Source of the DNA: Balanoglossus misakiensis
Taxonomy: Eukaryota; Animalia; Hemichordata
DNA length: 64,000 nt
Reading direction: 5' to 3'
Assembly: GCA_040954595.2 (NCBI GenBank)
Contig: CM082579.2
Coordinates: 4,515,227 to 4,579,226, forward strand
The position numbers were made by a program, and so were the translations under genes. Positions 14,601-26,900 of this stretch are shown piece after piece; within the stretch, counting starts at the first letter, position 1; each line of letters begins with the position of its first letter. The notes beneath the pieces were generated by a model. The model had not been told where the DNA came from. It searched no databases and saw only the letters and a list, made by a program, of their open reading frames with translations.

Positions 14601-17600
14601 AAACATTCACGATGTTGTGTCTGCCAAAGACAGGCACGAATCTATCTCCCTCTTCACAAAGTGCGAAGGACATCGGTCTCCTGTGGGCCCTCGGGTGGTT
14701 GAAAAAGTAGTTGCCATCATTCGTCTTCTTCTTAAATTCCTCTCTTCGGAGCACCGATTCAGGTTTTTCCGGTCCAAAGAATGGCTTCTTGGGGGGATCA
14801 GTTTTGGCTGTTTTACCTGCATCGTCCGAGTCGCTAAGTTCTAACAGTCTCTCTTTCGCACGCTGTCTTACTCCGGCCACCTCCAGCCTCTTCCGCATTT
14901 CCTCCACAGCCTCTTCGGATACTTCATAATTCTCCTTCGCGGCTGGTTTGTCATGTGGCTTTGCCGTGGCAACATCTGCAGTCTTACCATCTTTTGATTT
15001 CGATTTACGGCGATCCTCAGGTGGAAATAATTCCAAGTTTTCAATTTGTTCCTCGCTTAGTAGACCCATCAGCAACTTGGCATTGTAATTTCCAAATACG
15101 TGCTGAGCAGAAAGCATGATGATTCTTCTATGTTCCTCCAAGTCTTCTGCTCTCCTTGCATCTAAACTTGCCTTACTCTCTGATTCTTCTACCGATCTCG
15201 TACTTTCACTTTCATTTACTTTATCGGTGTTGGATTTGCTTCTTGTGTCGTTTACCTGTGAGCTGAAACGCTTACCAGCCTTTTTGTCCCGTTTTCCTGG
15301 CTGTTTCCTGAGAACCTTAGGGTCTTGACCGGCTGCCGGTGGCCTGGACAACTTTTGTTGACTGCGTGTAGTCTTTTTGGGGAAATCATTCGAACTTTCT
15401 TCGTCGTCCGATTCCTCGCCAGAACTTTCGGTCTTCTCTCTGTGTTTTAAAATCGCCTCCCTCACTGCTTCTGCATCGAGTATGTCGCTCATGCTGTCAA
15501 CGTCTATGATCCGAATTGGACGTTCAACCGGGGGTGCAGCTTTCTGCGCACCACGCGACCCTCCGCCTCCGTCTTTCTTCCGCGGTTCCTGGCTCTCCGT
15601 CCACTCAACGGGTTCGCTCTCCCTACTCCCGCGCCGGGCCTGTTCTTCCCTCTCCTGTTCCGACCACACCCCCGGTTTCAGATCCCAGCTCATCGGCCGG
15701 TAGGAGCTGCCCCCGAAGTTCACGCGAGGGTTGACGTTGAAGTCTTCCGTCCTCAAGCTGACGTTTTCCTCCTTCGGATGGTGCACACAGTTGCCGTATA
15801 TTCCGCCCCGCAGCGGCGTCACAGCCTTAGCGTGGCTGTCTGAATCTTTGAACGACATTCCTGGCCTCAGACATGACATAAACCCGACACAGCTGTCCAT
15901 CTCTTCCACCGGGACTTCAACTTTCTGAGGTTTCTTTTTCTTCTTCTTCTTCTTTTTCTTCTTGGCGACTTCTGTTCCCTCCTGCTTGGTTTCCTCTTCA
16001 CCCTTCATGTCATCCTCTTTCATCTCACCTGCGTCGTCCCCTTCCTTTGTCTCCTCCTCCTCCATCTCCTCGGCAACAGGGATATCTGTCTCTTCTGCGG
16101 CTACTTCCTGTTTCTGCTGCTGCTTTTTCTTCTTCTTCTTTTTCTTTTTCTTCACAGCCGCCTTGCGCCCAGCATCGTTGGCCGTGGACTGTTGATTGCT
16201 CTCCATGGATGCATCACTCTCCTCTTTGGTTGGACTGTCATCTTTGTCTAGACTGTCATCTTTTTCTGGACTGTCATCTTTTTCTGGACTGTCATCTTTT
16301 TCTGGACTGTCATCTTTCTCTAGACTCCCATCGTTTCCACTCTCATCGTTCGACTCTTTCTCTTTGTTAGTTGTCCCCTTTTCCACATCATCATCATCAT
16401 CAGCAGCAGCAGCAGTCTGTTGCTTGGCAACATCATCAGAAACGTCTTTATCTGCTGTTTCACTAATTTGACTGCGAAGTAAGAACAGTTGATACCACTG
16501 ACTTGAGCAAATACCCCAAAAACAGAGGATGCATGTATGAAAAACCAAATTCTGTTATGTCCAAGAATACCAAGAGTTACAGCACACTGGATGGCTCATT
16601 GCTCCAGTGCATTTTCGTCAACTTTGAGGGCACACTGCATCAGTGTTTTCCCTTGTAGCAACCAGGTGAACCACCATGGATCAGGTCACCAAACCATGTT
16701 GACGTGACTTGTTATTTCTTCAAATCATACTTTTTCTGCCATTTTCAATTTTATTCATTACATTAGATTTCCAGGTATGTTAGATTAACTTACTCATCAC
16801 TTGCTGTCTCTGTAATTTTTTCTGGATCATTTGGTTTTTCACTGCCAGAAGATTGTTGTCCACTATTAGTTGCTTCGACCGAGGCAAGAAGAAATTCAGC
16901 TGTAACATTTTTATCATAACGTTCTAACATTTTTTTTATTTTATCTGCTGCCACACGGTGCTTGTTACGCCTATGGAGAGGAATAAAAAATGTAATGAAG
17001 TTCAGGTGAGTTTTGCATTTCTGGAATAAACTTGTGCACAACTGCGTCACATGTACATACACATAAGTATATATAGGAAAACATTCAAGGGATTTTTGTG
17101 TACCACACTTGCATTCTTCTATCTACTATGAAAGATTATGCAATGCTGAGCAGAATGGGTAGATCTGCACAAAATGTACCACTTACTGTGCTAGTTCTTT
17201 GACCTTGAATTTCCATGGGGTCTTTGGTTCTCGTATGACGACGGCATAGTCATACTTTTTAGCCTTGCAATGAAACAAAGTTATCAATTGTTAATCAATC
17301 CACACATCAGGGAACTTCGTACTTTTTAAAGAAGTTTTGGCTCTATTAAATATGAGAATTTTTCACTCGGGACACTTTACCAAATAAACTGTGTACCAGG
17401 GGTTACACTGGTATTTTAGTCAACGTACAGCAACTTTAAATTATTTGTCAGAACTCACCAACTTAACATACGGTTTCATTTCCCAAAATTGACAGTTAGT
17501 GTTATCAACAATTACGGGCGTTTTCCGTTCTTCCATTGAATTTTTGGCTGCAGGCAAAATTACAAGTGGAAAGACGATTAATAAAATACCAATACTTGAT

Positions 17601-20600
17601 GAATCCAGTTTATTATAATCAACCAAATGAATAGATGGCATTCTAGCTTAAGGATTTGTACTTCTTCCAAAGCGTTATTCTGATACTGGTTTGGAATCAG
17701 GTAGCTGTTTAAATACCTCTCATTTGATTCCACTCATGGGCTTCGCCTAGTTTGTCAAAATCAAACACATATTTTGCACTGCGCGTAAAGAATTCATCCG
17801 TGCTTAGGATAATACCACTTCCAACTAATTTCCTGCAAGGAAACACACATATCCCAATATCACACTGGTGGCAGCATAATGTACAGTAAATTTCCGTCAA
17901 ATATGCACTTCACGCTTTGTTTTAGACTGATAAAATAACTTACCTTGCTAGGGTGGACTTTCCACTTCCCGGCAACCCTCTCAACAAGCATAATACTTTT
18001 CCATCAGGTAAAGGTTCTACTTCCCAGGAAAAACGCTTTTCTAGCTGTCCAGTTTTAGCCTGTTTAGATTTGTAAAGGTCTGTTTGGGGTTTAGAAACGA
18101 GCTGTTTTTGAACTTTCCCTTGCTGCGCAAAATAAGAGTAGCTCGTTTGATCGTTTGCCGGGGGTTTCTTATCAACAGTTGTTTTCTTTGCCAGAGGCGG
18201 GGGTTGGCCTTGTCTATTGGGGAACCTGGAAGCAGGGGGGTCGGAAAAGCTGTGTCTGTCGTTCTGTCGGTACTGTTTTTGTGCTTGGCCACCCTGTTGG
18301 TACGGCTGGTAGCCACCCGGCTTGCCATTGTATCTCCCCCGGCTGTTAAAGTTGCCATGGTTTCTGTAGTCTCTGGGACCCCGGCTACTGGCAGCGTCGT
18401 AATTTTTGTAATGGGGATTGTAACCTTGCCGATGAGTCTGGCCGGTCAGTCGCTGAAGCCGTGGCGGCAGCTCGTACAACGCCTGACCGTAGCCCTGGTT
18501 GTAATTATTATAATCTTGTTGCGTTCGGGGTTCTGAATTCTCGTAATGTTGATCTTTTCTATGATGATAACTAGCCCCACCACGCTGTGGTGGTGGTTCA
18601 AATTTCACAGGGGCTTCCACGGCCGGACTGTTCCCACTTTTGTTGTGGTCAGTACCCCCCGCTGTTCCTATATTATGAGCTGCTAGGAATTTCTCCCTCT
18701 GTTGCCTCTCTATCTCCTGTATTTCCTGCATGATTTCACTGTCAAGGTCAAGGTCAAGCCCGCCGTCGCCGTTGACAGCGGCGCCCGTGTTGTACTGCGC
18801 CATGCTGTGATTGTGTCCGAGGGAGGTGTCTGTAAAATTGTCGAGCGGGCCAACTTCTTGCCTGGGCAAGGAATGTGTTTTGTTGTGCGACGGGCTGAAG
18901 GTATCCAGACCACCGTAGTTCGACTTGGAGGGCACTCCGCCTCCAGTGTAACCTATGGCATAATCTTCTGTGGCTGTCGCATTCACGACTTCCCCTGCAC
19001 CTCCACAGGTGTCCAGGTCAGGATAATTCAGAGTCTTCTGTTTCCCGTTGCGCTCAGCGAATTCGAAAATGTTGTTAAAGCTGAGCTTTGGGCTTGCGGG
19101 TTTGTCCCTCGGACTGTTTGCAGAGTTGTTGAGTTTTAAAAGAGCCTCTACAGCTGCATCAACTGCCAAAAACAAACGTAAAGATACATTGTGATTCAAT
19201 GAAGAGATCTCACAATAGTGTACCGTTTACGATATTGCTATGTCCAACAACAGCACACTCAACAAGTTGGCCTAGTTTCCACACAACATGGCAGGCTACA
19301 TTGCTCTGGAGGCGTCAGACCTGAAAAGTCTCAACAGTGACAATTCTCAAGACAGCTTAGTTATTCGTCCGTTCCCTTAACCATGAAGACTCTTACCCAT
19401 CCAACCTGAACCATGGAAACCTGCACACTAAGACCAGGTCAAGGCTGATGGCTGGTCAAAGTTCACAATGAATGACCTTTGACATACTACGAATGATATA
19501 AATCAGTCCAAAGCAAAAATTCCGTATCTGTATGTCAAGTACGATCTATTTTGTCTGATTGGGGCAAACATACCATATTTTATTACAAAATTACCAGTGA
19601 GTTTGCATGAATATGAGTTTAACCTCAAGCTTACAAAGATGTAGCAGCTGGAAGTGAATAAACAATGTAATAAGGCACTGTATCGCTATCATTCTGCAGA
19701 AGTGGGCCAACACACACCCGGGCCCCGCACGTCAACGTTTGGTGACCATTGTTTCGCAAGTTGTCAACTCATTCTGAAGAGATCAATAAATTGCATACTA
19801 CGACATGGCGGTATGCAATCTTTCACTTGCAAGCATCTTCTACTCCAGAAACTTTGACCGTTACCAATTCGTTAGGCAGCAGACAAGTTCAACATGCATC
19901 ATCTTCCAGCAAACTTGCGTATATGTACTGTACATTGTATGTCCAGATAAAAACTTGGTACAACATGTGTTCGTGTTGCCAAGATAAAAAAAGTGGGCCA
20001 ATAACTGCCAAATGTTTCGGGAAGCGAAACTACAATTTTCTATCACTTTAAGGGCCCAAGCTGAAAATGTTTTATCAACACCTTTTGTCCCTCGATCACC
20101 TGTATCATATGATCTGATAATTTGAGCATGTGGCAGAAAATTAAAATTACAAATAAAAACGCCTACTATTTTACAGAACAAAATGCTCGCAAGGCATAAA
20201 AAGATGCTTGATGACAAAATGCAAAATGGCGGTGACCTCTAACTGACCGCGATAAAATATAAACTGTACAAAAACCAGTTCATTTACGTCATCTTTCTGA
20301 TCATCCATAAATATTGCCATTACCTACCCTCTTACATTAAACCAACCAATGTCAATAAGCTGAATTCGTAACATATTTTAGGTGAAAAAAGCGCTAAAAT
20401 TTTAGTGGTTTGCGTACCTGCGTGGACCAATCGCCATTTTGTTTACAGGTTTCGAAACACTTAAGGGTCAGAGTTTGGCACAGTATGGTACACTCTGCCT
20501 AACTACTGTAGATGACCAGATATTGTAAATGCCTGTCTGTTAATATTCAACTCGTATCTTAGACAGGCACTGACAGGTATTTGCTACTATGGAGTTTGTA

Positions 20601-21452
20601 GCGGCCAATGTAGACTGTTTTATAATTAACCCTCTACTTCCCATGGTGCATTGGGTGGCGAAGTAGTAACTATAGTTTTACCTTTACCCAGATCATGACA
20701 ACAAGGGTATGTGGTGGAGAAAAGACCTCCATTATTAAACAAACCTGACCAAGCCAGGCCTGAGTGAGACTGTCTCTTCTTATCAGATTTCTCTGTAGAT
20801 TTGATATGGTATCAGCATATCACGAAGCCATCATACATGTACATGTAGTATCATGCATTTTGAACTTCGTCATATGCTGACGACTATTAAATTGAGAAAT
20901 ATGGTTTCTGTAAATAATGTGGTCACGTTTTGGGACACCTGAAACTGAAGATAATAAGGGAACGCACATGACTACTCTCCAAACCAAAGGCAAACGATTC
21001 CCACTGACTGTAGCCTGATACGATATACTGTCTACCATAGACTCAGGACTCAACTGACTTTAGCCTGATAAATCTAATTATCAGGCTAAAGTCAGTTGAA
21101 GTTGTTCACTAAAGCGATATGGGTTTATGGGGTGCATGCTGGGAGGAGGTTGGATACTTATGTAAACATTGTCACACATTTCTCCTGAAATCGGATTCAT
21201 ATTTACCGTCATACATACATTTGAATGTTTCTCACCTTTAAAATCATGTTCAGTTAAAACCATGTAAATGGTATCGGGCTCGACTGACCCGGCGAAAATG
21301 TCAAGTAATTGTTCGTAAGCCTTTTGCTCCGATGAGTTAGGGTCATGTGGTATTCCTGGCCATTCTTCTGGTGGTGTTGCTGTACCACCACATTGGGTCA
21401 AACTCCCACCACCAACAGGCGCGAAATTCCCACGTTTCTTCTTCGGCGGCAT
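8602..21452 (-). CDS. N4BP2: NEDD4-binding protein 2-like (CUE, AAA_33/polynucleotide-kinase P-loop, long acidic low-complexity middle, CUE-like repeats, DUF1771, Smr), 14 coding exons
   Basis: Phase-consistent GT-AG exons (minus): 21452-21236, 19162-17944, 17832-17717, 17547-17459, 17263-17187, 16970-16794, 16471-11544, 11036-10768, 10590-10466, 10339-10096, 9936-9772, 9455-9388, 9210-8980, 8647-8602. Motifs: CUE-like QLLDIFAGSVEPDTIYMVLTEHDFKVDAAVEALL; Walker A LRGLPGSGKST; ILSTDEFF; VIVDNTN..WEMKPY; EPKTPWKF; DUF1771-like YKDYRAEADMHYKLRHECFQKAAEAY; Smr LDLHGLHVNEAL..VVTGSGSHSRGG; C-terminus VLKVLLK*. Extra small exons could be missed. Confidence 0.93.
11544..16471 (-). CDS. N4BP2: Giant 4928-nt internal coding exon of the N4BP2-like gene (acidic and poly-Lys low-complexity region with an internal CUE-like motif)
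   Basis: ORF 11521..16548 trimmed to acceptor cttcgcag|T (16471) and donor TCAG|gtaaag (11544). Phases match both flanking exons. Contains NIKFLYRNFTKVTYEGVREVLTQCDGDMDWAVDLML (CUE-like). Confidence 0.88.
12362..12551 (-). repeat. Coding 105-bp-period tandem duplication (EM[E/D]ERL.VDGEETSLTEEHAVSVEETE x2)
   Basis: ttctctgtctcttcgactgacactgcgtgttcttctgtgag starts at both 12362 and 12467. Confidence 0.9.
16232..16326 (-). repeat. Coding 18-bp tandem repeat (~5 copies; S[P/L]EKDD)
   Basis: ggactgtcatctttttct units seen directly; protein SLEKDDSPEKDDSPEKDDSPEKDDSLDKDDSP. Confidence 0.9.
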
Positions 21453-21685
21453 TCTGGGCTGCTATTCCCTGTAACTGATATAATACTTACAAGTAAAAAT
21501 GGACAATTACTGACCAAAAGAACACGTTTGGTGGTGTCATGTTGCTCAAATACTACGATCACGAACTTTAGAACCTTGTTGTGTGTATTTTTTTGAATAT
21601 ATAAGGAAATAGGATCTGGGATGTGGTGGCGCTCTTCTGAGAGGGAATTGTGGGTAAAACCGACGTGCCTTCCTTCTTGTCCAAT

Positions 21686-23134
21686 ATGGCGTCCAAACTG
21701 GCCAGAGCGGCAACTCTGTTGTGTAAGAATGGTTTACAACTGCCGGGGGTGCAAGTAACCGGTGTTCTCGGTACACAGAGCGTTCAGAGAAGACACGCGG
21801 CCACGTATCCCCAGACGATCATTCACGCCCCGGAAACTAAAGTGACAACGCTCGAAAATGGCCTTCGAGTTGCATCGGAAGATACCGGCCTCTCCACATG
21901 TACGGTCGGCCTGTGGATCGACGCCGGCAGCAGGTATGAGACGCAGAAAAACAACGGAGTGGCACACTTCCTTGAACATATGATCTTTAAAGGTACAAAG
22001 AACCGATCACAGGCGGCGTTAGAAAGTGAAGTTGAAAGCATGGGCGCCCATCTGAATGCATACACGTCACGGGAACACACCGCATACTACGCGAAAGCAG
22101 TCTCCAGTGACCTGCCCAAGGCCGTTGAAATCTTAGCAGACGTCGTTCAGAACAGTAACTTGGGTGAAGCAGAAATCGACAGAGAAAGGGGTGTCATCCT
22201 CGCAGAAATGGAAGAGATTGAAACCAACCTCCAGGAGGTCACACTTGATCACTTGCACGCGACTGGTTACCAAGGCACTGAACTTGGTAAAACTGTCCTT
22301 GGCCCCACCGAGAATGTCAAGTCTCTCACCAAAGAAGACCTCCAAAGCTACATCTCCACGCACTACAAAGCCCCAAGAATAGTTCTGTCCGCTGCCGGTG
22401 GTGTCAACCACGAGCAGTTGGTTGATCTGGCCAATAAGACTCTTGGCAATCTTGGGACTGAGTACGAAGAGGAGATTCCTCTTCTGCCGCCCTGCAGATT
22501 CACAGGCAGCGAGATCCGTGTCCGTGACGACGCCATGCCATTCGCTCACGTTGCCATAGCAGTAGAGAGCGCCTGCGCATCCCACCCCGACACCGTTCCC
22601 TTGGCGGTCGCCAGCACGCTGATTGGCAACTGGGATCGCACGCATGGTAGCGGCACGAACGCCGCCAGCAAACTGGCGGCGGTGTGCGCCGAGACGAACC
22701 TGTGCCACGGCTTCCAGTCGTTCACCACCAGCTACAGCGACACGGGCCTGTGGGGCGCGCACTTCATCAGCGAGAAGACCACCATCGAGGACATGATGTT
22801 CTTCCTTCAGAAGGAGTGGATGAGGCTCTGCACCAGCGTCACGGAGAGCGAGGTGGACCGCGCCAAGAAGCTGCTGAAGACCAAGATGCTGCTCCAGCTC
22901 GACGGAACCACGCCCGCCTGCGATGACATCGGACGGCAGATGCTGATCCACGGTCGTCGCATCTCCCTCCACGAGATGGATGCCCGCATCGATAGCGTCG
23001 ACGCCAAAACCATCAGGGATGTGTGCACCAAGTACGTCTACGACAAGTGTCCAGCTGTGGTTGGTGTCGGTCCAATTGAACAGTTACCAGATTACAACAG
23101 AGTCCGTGGTGGGATGTACTGGGTGCGATTATAG
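21686..23134 (+). CDS. PMPCB: Mitochondrial-processing peptidase beta / cytochrome bc1 core protein 1 (peptidase M16), intronless
   Basis: Single uninterrupted ORF; best ATG is aatATGGCG at 21686. Basic presequence [12 protein letters not shown]..; [12 protein letters not shown]; [15 protein letters not shown]; intact inverted zinc motif HFLEH; [11 protein letters not shown]; [11 protein letters not shown]; C-terminal [27 protein letters not shown] near 23533. Confidence 0.96.
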   Translation: MASKLARAATLLCKNGLQLPGVQVTGVLGTQSVQRRHAATYPQTIIHAPETKVTTLENGLRVASEDTGLSTCTVGLWIDAGSRYETQKNNGVAHFLEHMIFKGTKNRSQAALESEVESMGAHLNAYTSREHTAYYAKAVSSDLPKAVEILADVVQNSNLGEAEIDRERGVILAEMEEIETNLQEVTLDHLHATGYQGTELGKTVLGPTENVKSLTKEDLQSYISTHYKAPRIVLSAAGGVNHEQLVDLANKTLGNLGTEYEEEIPLLPPCRFTGSEIRVRDDAMPFAHVAIAVESACASHPDTVPLAVASTLIGNWDRTHGSGTNAASKLAAVCAETNLCHGFQSFTTSYSDTGLWGAHFISEKTTIEDMMFFLQKEWMRLCTSVTESEVDRAKKLLKTKMLLQLDGTTPACDDIGRQMLIHGRRISLHEMDARIDSVDAKTIRDVCTKYVYDKCPAVVGVGPIEQLPDYNRVRGGMYWVRL

Positions 23135-23859
23135 TGTGGAGTATTTGTCATGGTAGCTGTATATATGAACCCTATATTGTGATGAATTAATGGCTTTGAC
23201 GTTCTTTTTGAAGAAAAAAAAGATCATTTCTATTGTAGATGCATGAAAATTGAAACAATTTTGAAGCTGGAGATGTCATTTAACCAATTCCAGAACTCTG
23301 CATTTAAAGTATTTTTGTTAACAACATGTTACGAATTTTTAAATTGGTTCATATATAATAGAATTGACATTTTTGAAGTTTGGCATTGTACCTCATTCTC
23401 TTGATTTGAAATATCAGGCCAGGATGTGTGGACTTTTTATCAAAAGGTCAATAATTTATGGAAAAATTATACAAAGAAATCTGCAATGTTCCTGTGATTC
23501 TTGAAATGAAGTTTGTCAGTTTAGATGTTGAAATAAAAGTGACTGTATTGGAAAAATACTTGTTTGTGTTTTGTGTCTGTACTTTGTGTTCTCTCCCAGG
23601 GTATCAACCACTCCCTATTCTTGGATAACAATGAACAGTTATTCACAATTTCACTGAAACAATATCAAATTTTGTGAACTTCTTGAACATCAACAATGCG
23701 GAATTACAACACTGATTAGCAAGCAGAAGAAAATTAAAATAGAAAGATTAAGCAGCATTTACTTGAAGCACTCACAAATATAAAACTAACTTTCGGACGG
23801 TGTTAAAAAATTAAAAGCAAACCCCGCTTCGTATGATAATATAAGAGTAATAAGGGTAA

Positions 23860-23961
23860 TATGCGTCACCCCCAGCCATGATCAATGTCGTATCCACTCG
23901 GAAACATTCGTCATTTTCCGGCATGTGACCGGAAGGGCGGCTCAGCTCAGTTTTATTCAAA
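23860..23961. promoter_or_regulatory. Housekeeping-type promoter upstream of the septin (ETS-like CCGGAAG/TTCCGG, GC box GGGCGG, TGCGTCA)
   Basis: Motifs cluster at ~23862-23940, directly before the septin ATG in a caaaATGGC context. Motif-level inference only. Confidence 0.45.
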
Positions 23962-26900
23962 ATGGCTGCCGAAGTGGAGAGAAACGCTGTGAGTAGAAAA
24001 TAGATCTGCTTTGTGTGTTTATTCCGTTTGATCGTAGCGATGTGTCGGTTGTAGTGACTTAGCGTTCAACCGTACTCTTTTACTATTGTTTCATGATTTG
24101 ATTTACATATTCTATGAAATTCACACAGACCGTTCTCCAGGTGCGAGATCGGGCCGGTTGAATGGACGGGACCAATGGTTGTTGCCGTTTTATTTTGACA
24201 CCCCATTGACACTTCTGGTTCAGACATTTCCCATTGTAAAGTGCGGTCACTGGTTATATGCCTGAAAGTGTCAATCGTGGGGAAGTGAGATGTATTCAAC
24301 GCGATCGCCATGAATGAAGATTTTTACTTTGTCACCAACATTAGGAGATCGCTTTCACTTGTCTTGAATCGTGAATGGAAGTCACACCCCATCTGTCAAT
24401 TTCATTCTGTTCTAGACAGTCTGTTCTTTCTTCAAATAAAACATAAGCTTACATTTGGGGGAAAAAATGTTTAAAACGCGGTCCTTCTATTACGAATTAT
24501 CATACTCTGGAAAGCCCACTGGCATGGTGTTTCGACTTGTGTACTTTGTGTAGTCACCAAAAATCGATCATGATGAGTCAATCATGATATGAATATTGCT
24601 TATAATGGAACAAAGGAATATCATGGCTCTCGAGAGACATACACTGTGTCAAAAAAAAAAAAAAAAAAAAAAAACATTTTATGTCCATGATGATGAACTA
24701 CGGGTTCTGCATCATGACCAACCCCAAACATTCCTATGGGCTGACATGTTTCTACGCAAGGCAGAAATTTATTTGTTCCTGCTGTACATTAATGGAACAG
24801 TGGCATCCTGTGATTATATTTTACAACTGTTCAGTTTGGGCTCACCATATAAGCTTACACATTTGTTCTGTTGTATTGGTAAGAAGGGGAAAACAAACCA
24901 AAACAAAGCAAAAGACATTACTGTGAAAAGTAGCTATGTAATACTAAAGATAGACAATGTTTTAGTAAACAGACCTGAACAGTTGAGATGAAAGAGTTTG
25001 TTCTGGAGGGTTGGTTCATTTCTTTACACTGACTAAATGAAATGTTTTCTTTTTATTCATAGGGTCCTGATGCAAGGCATTTGAAACTGCAGGGCCATGT
25101 TGGATTTGACAGTCTTCCTGATCAATTGGTGAACAAATCTGTTGCCCAGGGTTTCTGTTTCAATATATTATGTGTCGGTAAGTTCTGTATAAGATAAAAT
25201 CTTTCTCCAGTATTTGCATAAAAAAACGACAAATCTTTTGTACTTTCACACAAAGATGTCACAGTATATAATACATTTCACATTTTTTTCCCGCAGGCGA
25301 GACTGGTCTTGGGAAGTCCACCTTGATGGACACACTATTCAACACACAGTTTGAAAGTGAGCCAGCCCCACACACTCTGCCAAATGTCAAACTCAATGCA
25401 AAAACATACGGTAAGATTTTTCCTGTACACTTGTCAGTAAGGGCAAGGTCATGTTTGAAAAAAAGTTGATTGATTTGGAAGGGTATCATGTTACATGTAC
25501 TTGAATTATGAGAATAACATTTGTACAAAAACATCTGTGCATATTGTTCATTTCACAGCACTCCAAGAAAGCAATGTAAGACTCAAGCTAACAGTAGTTG
25601 ATACAGTTGGGTTTGGCGACCAAATCAACAAAGAAGATAGGTAAGTATTGAAGGGGCAGATTATTTCCAGGAAACAAGTAGATCGAGAGATTCTAACTTA
25701 TTCCATTTTAAAGACTTGCATAAGTGGCAGTAATGATTACAACATTTCTTTTCCCTTCCCAGTTACAAATCCATAGTAGAGTACATAGACAAGCAGTTTG
25801 AAAACTATCTCCAGGAAGAGTTGAAAATCAAGAGGGCGCTACACATCTACCACGACACGCGCATCCACGCCTGCCTGTACTTCATCGCACCGACCGGACA
25901 CTCGCTGAAATCGCTGGACCTGGTGACCATGAAGAAGCTGGACAGCAAGGTCAACATCGTGCCTGTCATCGCCAAGGCCGACACGGTCTCGAAGGGAGAG
26001 TTGCACAAATTCAAGATCAAGGTGAGCACTGTAGCGGGGTGGGTTGTTTGTTGAACAGTGATCGTCATCCGTTTTGTGCTGAGCCACGCAGTGAGACTGT
26101 GGAGCGTATTCAACGAGCATCTTCTTGTATTCTTCCTGCAGATCATGAGTGAATTGGTCAGCAATGGTGTACAGATCTATCAGTTCCCCACAGATGATGA
26201 AACCGTCGCGGAGCTCAACTCAACGATGAATGTAAGTGTTCTGGGCCCTGAGGGGTGGAAAGGTCTTATAGTGGTCAAATGTATCAAATTGACTGCAAGA
26301 CAGCATGTGTATTTTTATATTTATTTTTTTAAATATTTTTTTGTGTCAATTTCTGCACAGGGTCATCTACCGTTCGCGGTTGTCGGCAGCAACGAGGAAG
26401 TGAAAGTGGGCAATAAAGTCATGAGAGCAAGGCAGTACCCTTGGGGTGTTGTTCAAGGTAAGGAGTCAGAATCTGAGGCGGGAAGAAATAAACATGGAGT
26501 GCATGCAATTACTACATGTACTTTGGTTATCTTGATTATGAGGGCTGACAGTGCCCTAAGATAGTCCCACAAAATGTGTCATCTCATTAAATCTTACAAT
26601 CGAACGTCTGTCGTCACTTCCAGTGGAAAACGAAAGCCACTGCGACTTTGTGAAGCTGCGGGAGATGCTGATCAGGACCAACATGGAAGACCTGATTGAG
26701 CAGACACATGCACGTCACTACGAGCTGTACAGAAGGTGTCGTCTGGGGGAGATGGGATTCATGGACAGCGATCCAGAAGGCAAACCCACGAGGTGAGAGA
26801 AAGGTGGTAGATAAATCACAGCTGTGGGGTTAAAAGTAGATTTCATGATAAACACCGAATTTACAAAGTTATTCTCTTATCTATAAAGTCTAACACCTCT

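Noticed and set aside
11669-16471. Many Ser-rich plus-strand ORFs opposite the N4BP2 giant exon
   Set aside because: Antisense translation of Glu/Asp/Lys codons.
21650-21685. ORF-track start of the peptidase at 21650
   Set aside because: A non-ATG start from a bacterial-style ORF caller; the ATG at 21686 has good context and begins the presequence.
22133-22972. 279-aa antisense ORF and other ORFs overlapping the peptidase
   Set aside because: Shadow ORFs caused by GC-rich third codon positions; no recognisable domain.
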